Both the position numbers and the translations under genes were made by a program. Source: Sminthopsis crassicaudata (Eukaryota). Taken from it: a stretch of 64,000 nucleotides of DNA. The notes beneath the pieces were generated by a model, which saw nothing but the letters and a program-made list of their open reading frames with translations, was not told the DNA's origin and ran no database searches. Below are positions 13,390 to 25,340 of the stretch, in pieces. The number at the start of each line of letters is the position of its first letter. Positions within the stretch are counted from its first letter, which is position 1. Location: positions 43,144,211 to 43,208,210 of the forward strand of contig NC_133623.1 of NCBI RefSeq assembly GCF_048593235.1, in the 5' to 3' direction.

Positions 13390-14465
13390 TAAAAAAATCT
13401 CTCACTTGATCCATCTGTCCCTGCTAGCTATCACCCCATATCTCTTTCCCCTATTGAAGTCAAATTCCTTGAGAAGGTGATCTACAATGGGTGCCTCCTC
13501 TTCCTTTCCTATCACTCTCTTTTTGATTGTCTGTAGTCTGGCTTTTGACCTCATCATTTCACTAAGACTACTCTCTCCAAAGTTATCAAATGGATCTCTT
13601 AAATGGACTTTTTTTCACCTCATCTTTTTCTACCTCTCTATGCCCTTTGATTACCGTATTTTCCTTTATATTTACTGTTCTCTAAGTTTTGTGGCACTAT
13701 TCTATTCAGGTTCTCCTACTCATCTCTCCGCTCCTTCTCATTCTTCTTTGTTGGATCTTTGTACAGATCATACCCACTCACCGTGAATATCCCACAGGGC
13801 TCATCTTAGGCCTTCTGCTCTTCTCCCTTATACTACTTCACTGTGTGAGTTCATCCGCTCCTATAATTTTAATGATCATGTCTATGCTGATGGTTTTCAA
13901 ATCTATGCTCTCTCAGCCTCCCTGCTGACCTCCAGTCTCTCATCTCCAACTGCCTTTGACACAACTCAAACTGGATATACAGTAGACATCTTAAATACAT
14001 TATGCCCCAAACTGAACTCATTATCTTTTCCCCTAAATCCATCCCCTAACAAACTTCCTTTTACTGTTGAGGGCACAGCCATCTTCCCTGTCACCCATGC
14101 TTGGTTTGTCAATCTGTTGCCAAGTCCAGCCTTTTTTTTTTTTTAAACATGTCTTATGTACACTTCCTTCTCTCCTCTGACCCTGCTACTACCCTGCTGG
14201 AAGACTTCATCATTTTATGCCTGGACTCTTGCAATCGCCAGAAAAAGCCTCTCCTGATATCTCTCAATTCTAGTGCTTTTCCTTCCTTGGTTATCTCCAA
14301 CTGATCCTGTCTATATCTTGCTCATCCCTATTTGTTGGTATGTTATCTTCCTCATCAGATTGTGAGTTCCTTCAGAGCAGGGCCTGTCTTTTGCCTTCCT
14401 TTGTACCCCTAGCATTTCACACAGTGCCTGGCACATAGTGGGAGCCTAATAAATGTTTATTCACC
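13390..14465 (+). mobile_element. L2 LINE fragment
   Basis: Pyrimidine-rich L2 body (ctgctgacctccagtctctcatctccaactgcc...actgaactcattatctttt) ending in the L2 3' end acacagtgcctggcacatag...aataaatgtttatt. Confidence 0.85.
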
Positions 14466-15949
14466 GACAAGCAAAAAATGCAGCGGGCTTAGCCAGAGGA
14501 CCACTCAGCGCTAGTTGTAGAAAATGTCTACTTTCGGCTTCTGGCTTCTTGGAATTGGAGTCTACCCCTTTGTCCTAACCCTTTACAGCTTGCTGCAGTT
14601 GTATATTATGTCTGGGAATTTGAATGTTGCCAAGAATCAAATCCTGTTTGGACATTCTATTTGGATTGCTAAACACAAATGAAGTGTGAGCAATAAACAA
14701 CTATACTCCAAGAATAGACATTGAGAAACAAAATATTTGCTCAGTTCTTTGCAAGGGGGGAGAGAAGAGGAGGGGGAGAGGAGTGTAGAGAAACAGGAAA
14801 ATGATTTGGTTTTAGCTTTTAAAAAGTTAGTGGAACATTCCATCCTTGGCCAGAGATCAATTTACTAGAACATCACAATCTTTGGATCTATAAGTGGCAA
14901 GATTTCATATTTAGATGCGAGATCTTCAAGGTTATCTAAATCAATCACTTCATTCCTTGGAGGAGGAAACAGACCCAGAGAGGTATAATGACTTGTTCAA
15001 GACTTGCTCAGCTAAGAATCTGAACACAACTGAAATTTGAACTTAAATCTTTATTCTCCAAACCCAGCATTTATTCTGCTATATTACTCCTTCACCAGTG
15101 CAGAATTTTAGAATATGAAAATTACATTTTAGTAGACCAACTTGATGAGTTTTCCTGGCCACAAAGTTCCCTTCCCTGTGCTATGATGAATGATGATCTT
15201 CTCCGAGCTGAGTTAGGCTGCTCCTCTAGTGACATACACAGCCCAGCACTGGACACAAACTTTAAGTGTTTCTAGCCGGACAGAAGCCGTCTGAGCTTGT
15301 GCCTTACTGGCCTTTGCAAAGCCGGCATCCACGAACCCAGAATCCCTCCTCACTGAGGGCCACCAGATTAAGATTTCAAGGAAGAATACAATTATATGTG
15401 TATTAAAAATGTTTATTACACCTGACCATGCTTTTAGAATGGCAACTGCTAAGTTAAATTTCCTCTGTTTTGCTCCTCTTGCATTACTTTTTATTCCTGA
15501 GATGCTCCATATTCCTTACACTAGCCTCTCCCAGTAGTCTCAATATGTTTATGGTATTAAAGTGTGCTGTGGTCAAAATCTTTTATTTCATTCCTAGTGA
15601 TCCCTAGAAATTGGGGAACCATTCAGGGTTCCTGTGCTTTTCCAATATTTGCCTTACTGCAAGTGCCATTTGTCCCCTAACTGGGGAATATGGCTTACTG
15701 GCCATATTCTTTGGAGTTTCCAAAGGTCATAGAAAGAAGGGGTCAGCAGCTGAAGGAATGATCCTGTCAATCTAAAAGTAACAGACTTATAGAATATGGA
15801 CTGAATTTCATTTCTTGCTAAAATTGGCATCTAAAAATTATCCATGAAGTGATCATTCTCTTCTTCTTTCCTGAAGGTTCCACTTCCTCTGTATCTATCA
15901 CCCCCTTCTGTGAATCCATTAGAAGTAAGTTTCTTTGGTTTCTAAAAAA

Positions 15950-16400
15950 ACCGAGAAGACTTGTATGACCTGATACAGAGCGAATTGAGCAAAACTAGAA
16001 CAACCGACAGAATAATACCAAAACTGTCAAGATTAACAACTTAGAAAGACTAATGACCATACACAATTTCAGAGAAGACCACCTCCTGACAGAATTGGAC
16101 AGACATATTTGGATTTGGCAAATATGTGATTGGGTTTGCTTAACTGTGCTTATTTGTTATTGGGTTCTTTTCTTTCTTTGGAGAGAAGAATAGCAAAGGG
16201 ACAGAACTAATGGTAGAACTGCCAAATAAAAGAAGGAAATAAAAAAGTATCATTGAAACCCTTTTAAAAATGCACAGAAAGAAACTAGAAAAAGTTCCTA
16301 AAGAAACATAGATAAACAGGTCAGCTTTGAAAATATCATGTTGACCTTACTTACCTACCTTTAAAAGAAAGAACAAGTTTTTGTACAGTTATAGAGATTC
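15950..16400 (+). mobile_element. Old L1 3' fragment
   Basis: gaagacttgtatgacctgatacagagcgaattgagcaaaactagaaca... ORF2-end/3'UTR pattern, degenerate. Confidence 0.55.
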
Positions 16401-16714
16401 ATGGTTTCACACAGAGTTGTGCAACGGGCTAAGAGGTAAGAGGAACTGATCTCTACTTTAGTCTTTTCCTCATAAAGTTGCCTCAACTACAAAGAGAATG
16501 AGAGATTGAATGGAGCAGCCAGAAGCAACATATATAGAGGCTTGGTTTTAGTTAGCTAGCCTTTGGTAGCTAATTCATTGATTGCCCAAGAAGGGAAAAA
16601 GTACTGTCTTTGGTCTCACACAACACAGGAGGACGAGGGATCCATTGGCAGGGTAGAGTTTGAGTTTCAACCAAGAACAGATGTCACCCCAAGGAATCCC
16701 ATCCTGTGGGGAAA

Positions 16715-17085
16715 TTGGAGAATTAATTTTTTTCAATTACATGTAAACACAACTTTAATTTTTAAAAGAATATTCAATTTTTCCAATTACATGTAAAAAT
16801 TCTTAATATTTGTTTTTTTCTCCAATTTTGAGTTCCATAGTATCTCCCTCTCTTCCCCCCTTCTCCCCTCATTGAGAAGGCAAGCAATTTGATACAGTTT
16901 ATACATGTGCAGATATGCAAAGCAAATGTCCATGTTTATCGCGTTGTGAAAGAAAACATAAACCAAAAAAAAAAAACAAACCAAGAAAAATAAAGTAAAT
17001 GAAAGTACCCTTCAATCTGCATTCACTCTCCTTCAGTTCTTTCTCTGCGCGTGAATAGCACTTTTCATAAGTCCTTTGGAACTGT
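16715..17085 (-). mobile_element. Antisense L1 3' end fragment
   Basis: tttttcaattacatgtaaa...ttgagttcc...ctctcttcccc...gcaagcaatttgatacagtttatacatgtgc, the reverse complement of a marsupial L1 3'UTR. Confidence 0.7.
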
Positions 17086-17631
17086 CTTGCATATGAGAGA
17101 AATGATTCATTGAAAACTCCTTATACTCTAATCTTAGTTCATTATGATTTTATAAGGGTAATGGTTATTAGTAATTATTTTAATATATTTCTCTAGTCAA
17201 TTCAACTCTCACAGCCATACACTGCTACTGGAACAATCATAGCTCAGCCTAACTCATCAAGCTACATAATCTCTAAGTTACTTTATATCAATCATTTAGT
17301 TCAGATCTTCATAGCTAACATGTAATGCCCAAATTTGATGCTTAGGATGAATAGAATGCAGGGTGTCCTCAAATCAACTTTTAAAGACAAGTTCATTTGG
17401 GGAAAGGGTGGGCTAATTAGCTGTGAAGCACAACTGCTGCAATCAGCTAAAAAAATACAAATGCTGTTAGCACCCCTCACACTTCAGAGCTCTGAAGGAG
17501 ACTTCCAGGGGGCCAGCCTAAGCTAAAATTCTACTCTTGGGGTTTTCATCTTCCAACTCCCAAGCTACGGTATGTAGCCAGCCTTCTGTGCTTTGCTCAG
17601 ACTAATGTGTAATTAGATTAATAAGTCTTTA

Positions 17632-17823
17632 TGTATACATATGGAGCATATGGAGTTAATTTATACTTTAACATATGTAACTTGTATTGGTCAACCTGCC
17701 ATCTGAGGGAGGGGGTTGGGAAGAAGGAAGGGTAAAATTGGAACAAAAGGCTTGGCAAATGTCAGTGTTGTAAAATTACCCAAACATATATCTGGTAAAT
17801 AAAAAGCGATAATTTTAAAAAAT
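17632..17823 (+). mobile_element. Short L1 3' end insertion
   Basis: L1 3'UTR (tgtattggtcaacctgccatctgaggggaggg...ctggtaaataaaaagc) flanked by gtctttatg on both sides. Confidence 0.75.
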
Positions 17824-17979
17824 ATGTCTTTATGAAGAAAAATAAGAGTATTGCTAGATATCAAGCAATTAAGAAATATTTATTAATCACTCTGTATTAA
17901 GCACTAGGTTAAGGCTGGGGATACTAAGGCAAAAAAAAAAATGAAACATTTTTGACGATACTCAAGGAGTTTACATTCT

Positions 17980-18060
17980 GATAAATAGATAGAAAGAAAT
18001 ATAGGTAGATGTATAGATAGATAGATAATTAAATGAATAAACAGATAAATGGATAGAGAT
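17980..18060. repeat. Degenerate (GATA/TAGA)n microsatellite
   Basis: atagatagaaag...gatgtatagatagatagataat...ggatagagat. Confidence 0.7.
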
Positions 18061-21000
18061 AACTAGGTAGTACTTATAATAGTGAGGAACCTGGCTTCCT
18101 TCCATCTTTTAACGCAGTAGGTAAATAGATGAAGAGATCTTTGTATAATAGAAACAGAAAGCAAGCATGCAATGAAAGCTTGAGGCCGTTCATTTAACAG
18201 AAGTAGCATCCCAGAGAAGCAAACACATTTGCCCCCGTCATACAGGCAAGTAGCAGCAAGAGTGAAAACCAAAGTCCAGATTTCCTGATGCAGAAGGCTG
18301 ATTTTTCCAACTCATCTGACCCATTTAAAAACACCCTTCATTCACTGTAATGTGACTTTATGGATGGCCTTTGTTACACTGGCCAACTTGTATCTGTTAT
18401 CTGAGGGTCTCACCAGAACGAATATTTGGTTTGTATAATCTGCTTTTCCATGGAAAGGAAGCATGCTATCTAAATTAGATCACACTTTCATTTCTTCCCA
18501 AGAGAAAAGAGTGGGCAATTGCTCAATGCTTGCAATTAATAACCAACCCTAAAGAGGACTAATTAAATATACTATGTAATCAATTAATATTTCTCGTAGC
18601 TAACAAGTACATTTAGATTTAGCGTTTTTATTGCATTCTTCATATTTTTTTCATTATTTCTTCTCTTTTTTCATCTTTTAATTCCTACTTAATTTCCTTA
18701 CCTAATTTTTGTACTTTCCCCAAGCAATGTGATTTCCATAGCATTATCATTTATTGTTTGATTTCTTTTTGTCATTTATCCATCTGAGTATATCGCTGAG
18801 ATTATCTTGGCAGTAGAGAATCTTAGATGTATAAGTGGAGGGGACCTTAGAGATGATCTAGCCCAACACTCTCATTTTCCAGAGGAAGAAACTAAGACCC
18901 AGGAAGGAAACCAGACTTGTCCGAAATCTTAGAGGTGACAACTAGAACTGGAATCCAGGTGTTTGGATTTCTGATTCACTTTACTTTCCACACCCTCCCT
19001 GTACTACATAGGATTTCCCCCCTTCTCCACTGCTTCGAGTATTTTAACTGATCCCATTCCCTCTCTAGCATTTTTCAAATGTGTCAATGCTCTCTGCTTT
19101 GCTCATTTTTACCCAATGTCTAGACTATGCTATGCAGTTGGATGGAAACTTGGAGAGTTGGTCTATCTACATCTGTCTTGGTCAGACACTGCAGATAGAT
19201 GATGAGCTGGGCTTAGGATTGAAGAGGAGGAGGAGAGAGGACTGCATCGCTTTTGGGTTTCCAGTTTCTTGAATGTGCACTGAGTTTTTTTTTTTAACTA
19301 TCTTTTCTTGAGCTTTGCTCTTTTGTGGGTTACGTGAGTGGCCTGGCTTCCTTCCACCCTCTCCCTCAGATAGCTTGGATCAGTCCTTTTAAAATTGGAA
19401 ATCAAATGCAGAGAGAGGATTCATTCCAAACCCTAAGTCCAGTTCTTTCAGGCTCAACAGACATTCATATGTGGTTATGGCTTGAATTGTTTTTGCATCT
19501 AATGCTACATGAATCTTTCTAATAACATTGGTCTGGAGCCTTATTGCTTAGTGTGTCTGAGAATATGAATTCCAGACATCATGAGACTTCAGAGTTTCCA
19601 AGAACTAGACTCCTTTGCTAGTCTGTTTTTCTATTTGAGGAAAATATAAGATAAGATGTTGACTTTCGACCCTAGTAGGAGAGGCAAACTGTTACCCAGG
19701 TACCACTAAGAGGCAAATGTTTAAAGCAATCACTTTAAAAAGAGAGAAGCTTTATTGATGACTTTTATATCCATTTAGAAATAACTGCAATATAGAAACC
19801 ATCAATGATTTTTCGATCACTCAGACTTTCACTTCCTTTAGTAATTTTTTCATTTTGGTAATACCTTGTCCTTATATTGTATTTTAAAATTTGCAAAGCA
19901 CTTTATATTCATTATTATGTTTGTGCCACACAATATGCTTATGGGATCATAAGCATAGTATTATCTCTATTTTACAATTGGGCAAAATGAAGTTCAGAGA
20001 GGTCAATTATTATCAAATAACATCAGGAGATAACTCAGTAAAATGAGATTTCTTCAAAGGTTTTATGGGCCATAGAATTGGTGTAGAGAAGAAGCATAAA
20101 CAGGTATTTGGAACCAACAAATCCATATCTACCACACGCTAACAGCTAACCACACAGCTGCTTTCACCAGGGTGAACAAGGCTAATTACAAAGAGTCCTA
20201 AGCACAACTGAACTATCCTTAACCTTAACCACTTCTCTCTCAGGCTGGGGGAAGGGATCTCAATGGCGGGTACTGTGCCTCAGACTCATGGGAAATTCTC
20301 TGGAAGACTCTTTTTGCCTTTCAGTAGTCTGGGGAGTCCCCTCTTGCTCCTCCATCTATGTGGGTTTTGAACTTTTCCCCGGAATTTCCCAGAATTCCCA
20401 TGCCACCAGGACTGTCCTGTCTTAATATGTACCCGAGAATGAGTCCCTCTGACAAATGTCATTTGTCTATGTTCTATTGTGGTTAAAGGCAGGGAGTAGG
20501 ATACATGTGGATCAGCAGAACCGGTCGGGTCACAGCAAGCACAAATGAGGTAGTGGTGATGACTGACTGCAGGCTGTTAGTGCATGTTTGAAGCTGCTCT
20601 TGTTCTTGTTCTTAAGAAGGCACACCAGGGAATTTAGCAGCAAAAGGGAGGGAGAGATCAGGGGTTGAGGGTCACATTCAGCTGACAGTCTGGAATGAGG
20701 TGGCAAGCAAAGAAATGAATGCAGTCAAGTTCCAAGCAGATGATAACATCCAAAAGAAAAAAAGTCTCCAAGTGGCCACCCTCCCAATGGGGAAAAAATA
20801 AGGGAAGTGAAAACGGACTGAGGAATCAAATAATGTGACCGTGGGAAGATCACAGGACTTCACAGGAGTCAAAAGAGGTAGTAGGATGCCCTAAGAGGTA
20901 GGGCTGAAGTTTAGAGGGCTCGGTTTCAAATCTTGACTCTGCTACTTATTTCCTGTTTGATCTTGAAATGAATTGCTTCACTTATCTAGGCCTCAATTTC

Positions 21001-21189
21001 CCCTACCAAAGGAGGAGGTTCAAGACCACTGGAACTCTTGGATTTGAGTCCTACTTCTGCCACTTGATTATGGGACCTGAAAGCAATCCACTGCCCCCTC
21101 TGGGCCTCAGTTTCCACCTCTGTGAAAAGGAGGGGAGGACTTATATACTCAAAAGTCTCTTCTGCCTCTAACATTCTAGAATTTTCTTA

Positions 21190-21550
21190 CCACATTTACC
21201 TTTCTTTGTATCCCCAACACTTGACACAGTGCCTGACACTGCGTGTAAGCCATCAGTCAGTCAATATGCGTTTATTAAGCACATACTATGTGCAGGCATG
21301 GCATTGGGTGCTGGGGATACAAAGAGAAGTTAAAAACATAGTTCCTGCCCTCAAGGAATGAATGTTGTAATGGGGAAACTACATGCAAGCATGTACATAT
21401 AAGACACATACAACGTAGATGGAAGCTAATCTCAGAGGGTGGGAACTAGCAAGGGAAGACAGGACAGAATGGAAAAACTCTCCTGCCAAAGGTAAAATTT
21501 GAGCTGTCTTGAGAAGATGTGCTTAATAAATGTTTGTTGACTAACCAATT
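21190..21550. mobile_element. Back-to-back L2 3' ends
   Basis: ctttgtatccccaacacttgacacagtgcctgacac followed by the reverse L2 tail cagtcagtcaat...ttattaagcacatactatgtgcaggca...gttcctgccctcaaggaa. Confidence 0.65.
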
Positions 21551-21889
21551 GACATTTCCTTCCACAGGCATGTCCATAATAAATTGCCAAGAGGCCACTT
21601 GGCCCGGTAGATAGAGAGATGGCCTTGGAAGCAAGAAGTCCCCCTTCTGGCACACATTGGAGAGTTATGTGAGTTTTCGGTGCTTCAGGTAACTCCCTGA
21701 GACTATCACAGAAAGGCTTTTCCTCTTAGGGACTTAGCGATATTTCTGAGAATCACCACTGATCCAGCACTTCCAAAAGGCATTCCAGCTCATGGCTTCT
21801 TCCATATTCCAACTTCCTTTAAAGTGCCCTCATTCCCCTTGCCCAGCCCAACACTAAAGCCTTTAGTCAAACAGAGACTTTTCTTTTTC

Positions 21890-22030
21890 TTTTCTTTTCT
21901 TTTTTTAAAGCTTTTTATTTACAAGACGTATGCATGGGTAATTTTTCAACACTGACCCTTGCAAAACTTTCTTTTCCAAATTTTCCCTTCCTTCCTTCTA
22001 CCCCCTCACCTAGCTGGCAGGTAGTCCAAT
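21890..22030 (-). mobile_element. Short antisense L1 3' end
   Basis: T-rich tail, then aaagctttttatttacaag...gcatgggtaatttttcaac...ggcaggtagtccaatacatg. Confidence 0.75.
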
Positions 22031-22945
22031 ACATGTTAAATATTTTAAAATAGAAACCATAGACTTTTCTAATGTTTTATTTGTGCTCCGTTTTTTTCTA
22101 TCAGTTGTTTCCAGATATACTCATATCCCCTTGAAATAAATAGCCATCCCCCTTATAACAAAGAGAAGAACCATTTGCTAAAACAGGGCTTCTAATATTC
22201 CACACTTAGAGGCTCTCTGTAAAATCCCATCACCTCGGGCATACATTTTCCCTGACTGTCCCTGCTTTTTACCAAGGCTATCACATTCATCTTCATTATC
22301 AGCATCACCTCTACCAGAAGGCAGCGTAGTACCTGGTGATGAAAGCTAATGGCTACCTTCCCCGATTGGCTAAGTCAAAGGGAAACTGACATTATATTCC
22401 TGGAGGATGAGGAGAAAAGAGAAGATATCAGTTATCCCGGGAAGCCTCTCCCAAAGGAAGTCACCTTTCCCTTCCACGAGGAAGAGTCACTCTCTCCTTG
22501 CACCTCTGAAATGAACCCCCTTGGTGAGATGAACCAGAGGGAGTCTAGACATCACTAGCTGGAAGCTGGGTCCATTTGTGGGGGATCCTCCCGCAGGGAT
22601 TCTAGGATAAGTATAGGCTGGGCTAACTGGTTGCTGAGTTCTTTTACAATCCTGTACAATCCTGATCCTTTGATCATTTTTTGAGGTGGCAGTATGAGTA
22701 TCAAGGAAAGAACACTGAATTAGGATTCAAATAAACCTTAGTTTCATTCTAGCCCATGATTTGTGTAACACTGGTTCCACTCTGGATTTTCAGATGGGTT
22801 GGACTAGACCTCTTCTACGTATGATCACTACCAACCCTATCTATGATTGTGAAATGCAGAGCGTGAACCTTTAACCCTGGCTGACCAATGAATTGGCCAC
22901 ACTCTTATGTGGTTTAAAGTTACTTCTAATGCCAACATTTTTTTG

Positions 22946-23089
22946 NNNNNNNNNNNNNNNNNNNNNNNNNNNNNNNNNNNNNNNNNNNNNNNNNNNNNNN
23001 NNNNNNNNNNNNNNNNNNNNNNNNNNNNNNNNNNNNNNNNNNNNNNNNNNNNNNNNNNNNNNNNNNNNNNNNNNNNNNNNNNNNNNNNN
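22946..23089. other. Assembly gap (144 N)
   Basis: N run, preceded by a T-run. Confidence 1.
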
Positions 23090-23489
23090 TTGATTATGCA
23101 CATTTCAACTCTGGAGTACCAGTCCATTATTATACAGTTGACTTACTTTCCCTGGAGAATCTGGCCTCTTTAGCTGCTATATAATCTCTTATAACAAATA
23201 CAATTTGTTTTTTAACTTCTGCTCCAAAGTCATTCCCTTGTTTCTTTTTGACAATTTGCCATTAAAAAAATATGTGGATGGTTGCATCGCCTCCTCCCCC
23301 TACTTCTCTACATTGTGTGGGTGTTTGGGGGGCATCTTTGGGAAGGAGAGAGGATGACAGGGAGGACGGGATCCCAAGAGGCCCTGATTCTGGGAGAGCT
23401 TGGGTCAGAAGAATGGGGCTGGAAGATGGAGAGGATTTCAGGGTACCAGGTAACTCTCTTCCTCAGAGAATCAATTGCCTTTTTGTTTG

Positions 23490-23730
23490 AGTACAGGAAA
23501 GAACCAGGAGCAACTGGTAGAAGTTAAAAGGAGGCAGATTTAGGTTTGCTATCAGGAAAAGCTTCTTAGTAATTCAAGCTGCCCCAAAGTGTAATGGGCA
23601 GCTCCAAAAGGGAATGGGCTTCCTTTCACCGGAAGCCTTCGGACAGAGGCTGTCAGGTCATGGGAATGGGCATTCTTTCCTAGCCACGGGTTGGAAAGCT
23701 TAACGACTAGAGTCCCTCCCAACCTGAGAG
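23490..23730 (+). mobile_element. L3/CR1 3' fragment
   Basis: aggcagatttaggtttgctatcaggaaaagcttctt...aaagtgtaatgggc...gggttgga...gtccctcccaacctgag, CR1/L3 3' pattern. Confidence 0.65.
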
Positions 23731-23927
23731 TTTTGTTATTCCACCAGGGGGCCAAAGCTTCCAAAGTAGAAGGAAGAAACAGCAGATGATTAGAGAAGGG
23801 CGCATTTAACCGGTCCACCGAAGTAGGCCTGCCAGTCTTCCCCCCTTTCCCCCTTTTCCCTCCTCCCCTTGCTCCCAGAATCCCCACATAAATCACACAA
23901 GCCAACATGGGTTCTGCATCTGATCAC

Positions 23928-23933
23928 TTTATT
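23928..23933 (-). terminator. Polyadenylation signal of the SPACA4-like gene
   Basis: AATAAA on the minus strand ~98 nt after the stop codon, followed by a GT-rich element (tgttggcttgtgtgatttatgtgg). Confidence 0.75.
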
Positions 23934-24030
23934 CCAATTCAAGGAGGAAAGTTGTTGATCCTGGGTTGGGGTTAGGGATGGAGGATGGGGGGGGTGACCA
24001 GAAAGAGAAGTCGAATCTCTTCTTCGCAGC

Positions 24031-24429
24031 TTAAAACAGCCAGTAGAAAAGCAAGGCTAAAGCCATGCTTACTACCACAATATTTGGGCCTAGTCCAATG
24101 TGACTTGGACCTGGTGAACCAGCATTGCAGAGTTCCCCACTGCAGCAGTACGTGATGAAGTTATAAGTGATTCCCATGTAATCAACAAGTTGCTCCTTTC
24201 CGCAGTTGGTCGCCTCCACACAGCCTTTGTTGATGATGTAGGAGATTCCACTGGCTACACCTCGGCCCTGGTAGCAGTCTTCTTCCTTTCCACAGTACAT
24301 TGGGATGCCTATACAGTTTGGAGTGTTGGTCAGATCACAGTAGTAGCAGCTCTTGGCAACTACCAGCGGAGTCAGGATGGCAGCGAAAAGAAGGCCCAGA
24401 AAAACAAAGTGCCTGCAGCCCATAATCAT
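24031..24429 (-). CDS. SPACA4: Sperm acrosome-associated protein 4 / Bouncer-family Ly6-uPAR GPI-anchored protein (132 aa, single coding exon)
   Basis: Signal peptide (MIMGCRHFVFLGLLFAAILTPLVVA), 10-Cys LU domain ending CCSGELCN, hydrophobic GPI-type C-terminus. Family motifs CG.EEDC..G.GVA.G...INKGC..AT.CG.E..V.Y.G.TY...T.CC.G.LCN align without gaps to human SPACA4 as I recall it (about half identical; from memory, not a database search). Orthologue versus paralogue is unresolved. Confidence 0.92.
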   Translation of the reverse strand: MIMGCRHFVFLGLLFAAILTPLVVAKSCYYCDLTNTPNCIGIPMYCGKEEDCYQGRGVASGISYIINKGCVEATNCGKEQLVDYMGITYNFITYCCSGELCNAGSPGPSHIGLGPNIVVVSMALALLFYWLF

Positions 24430-24446
24430 GATGTCTCAAGGGATGG

Positions 24447-24470
24447 CTGGGGAAAATCTGTGTAATTCAG
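24447..24470 (-). promoter_or_regulatory. Candidate splice acceptor 17 nt upstream of the SPACA4-like ATG
   Basis: Minus strand ctgaattacacagattttccccag|ccatcccttgagacatcATG: branch-like ctgaat, pyrimidine tract and AG. Confidence 0.45.
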
Positions 24471-24528
24471 TGACTCTTACTCCTTAGAGAGATCTCTAGT
24501 AAGTCCAAGAGTCTAGTCCCCGGCCTGA

Positions 24529-24546
24529 GAACAATAATTATTGTTC
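24529..24546. promoter_or_regulatory. Perfect 18-bp palindrome containing two inverted SOX (AACAAT) sites
   Basis: gAACAATaattATTGTTc, 100-117 bp upstream of the ATG. Confidence 0.5.
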
Positions 24547-24959
24547 AGTCCGCAGTTTTCAAGTCTCTGCCCTCAAACTCCGTCCTTTTCTTCCCTTCTC
24601 TCTTGTTCTAGGCCCTGGAGACCTCTAGAGTCTTGGCCCTTTTCCCTCCCTGTCAGTGGGAGGGAAGTTAACGTGGAGGAAGAGGGATGGAAACCTCCCC
24701 TTTCCTACTGCCTCCCACCCACCAGATCAGTCCTTTCCCTCTAAACTTCACACTACTTCCCTTGTTCTTAGAAAGGAAATCTGTCCCATCTGACTGTTCT
24801 GATAACTTGGAATAAGGATGACCTCACAAAGCCTCCCTCCTCTCACATCAGAAGTTGCTCTGTGAGGTCACAGGCTCCTGCCCTTCCTCCCACCAATGGC
24901 CTAGAAAAAAATGGTTTGATGACTCTCCAATCCACCAGGGTATATCCAACTGCAGAATC

Positions 24960-25340
24960 ATAAAATACAGAATTTCACAGTTGGGAAAGACCCTTGGTGG
25001 CCTTTTCCTCTAGTCCAGAATTGACTGAGAATCCCTTCTGAAATGTTCCCAGCACGGAGGAAGATATTGTCACCTCCCAAGGCCTCTCTTTCCACTTTTT
25101 AGAAGCACTACCTGTTAGGAACTTTCCCCTTAAATTCAATTTAAATCTGCTGCTTTGTGACTCCCACCCATTGCCCCTAACTATCTTGTGGAGCCCAAAC
25201 AGAACTCATTTAATTACTCTCTTGTGCAGAATGCCATTTCAAATACTTGAGCTCAATTCCCTTGAGTCTTGTCTTCCCCAGGCTAAATAAACATGCCCAG
25301 TTTCTTCAACTGATGCTAATACCAGCCCTTTAATTCTGAT
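24960..25340 (-). mobile_element. L3/CR1 fragment (antisense)
   Basis: atacagaatttcacagttgggaaagaccctt...tgtcacctcccaaggc...ttccactttt...ctgttaggaactttcccc...caggctaaataaacatgcccagtttcttcaac. Confidence 0.65.

Noticed and set aside
15308-15352. 45-nt minus-strand exon candidate (EEGFWVRGCRLCKG)
   Set aside because: Plausible splice sites, but too short to distinguish from chance and no linkable neighbours.
15674-15725. Three adjacent short hairpins (9-bp and 7-bp stems)
   Set aside because: Stems of this size are expected by chance in 64 kb, and there is no other support.
22330-22400. Strong minus-strand acceptor suggesting a coding exon
   Set aside because: All three frames hit a stop within 10 codons.
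24475-24486. GTAAGA donor just upstream of the SPACA4-like acceptor
   Set aside because: It would give an intron of only ~35 nt, too short for vertebrate splicing.
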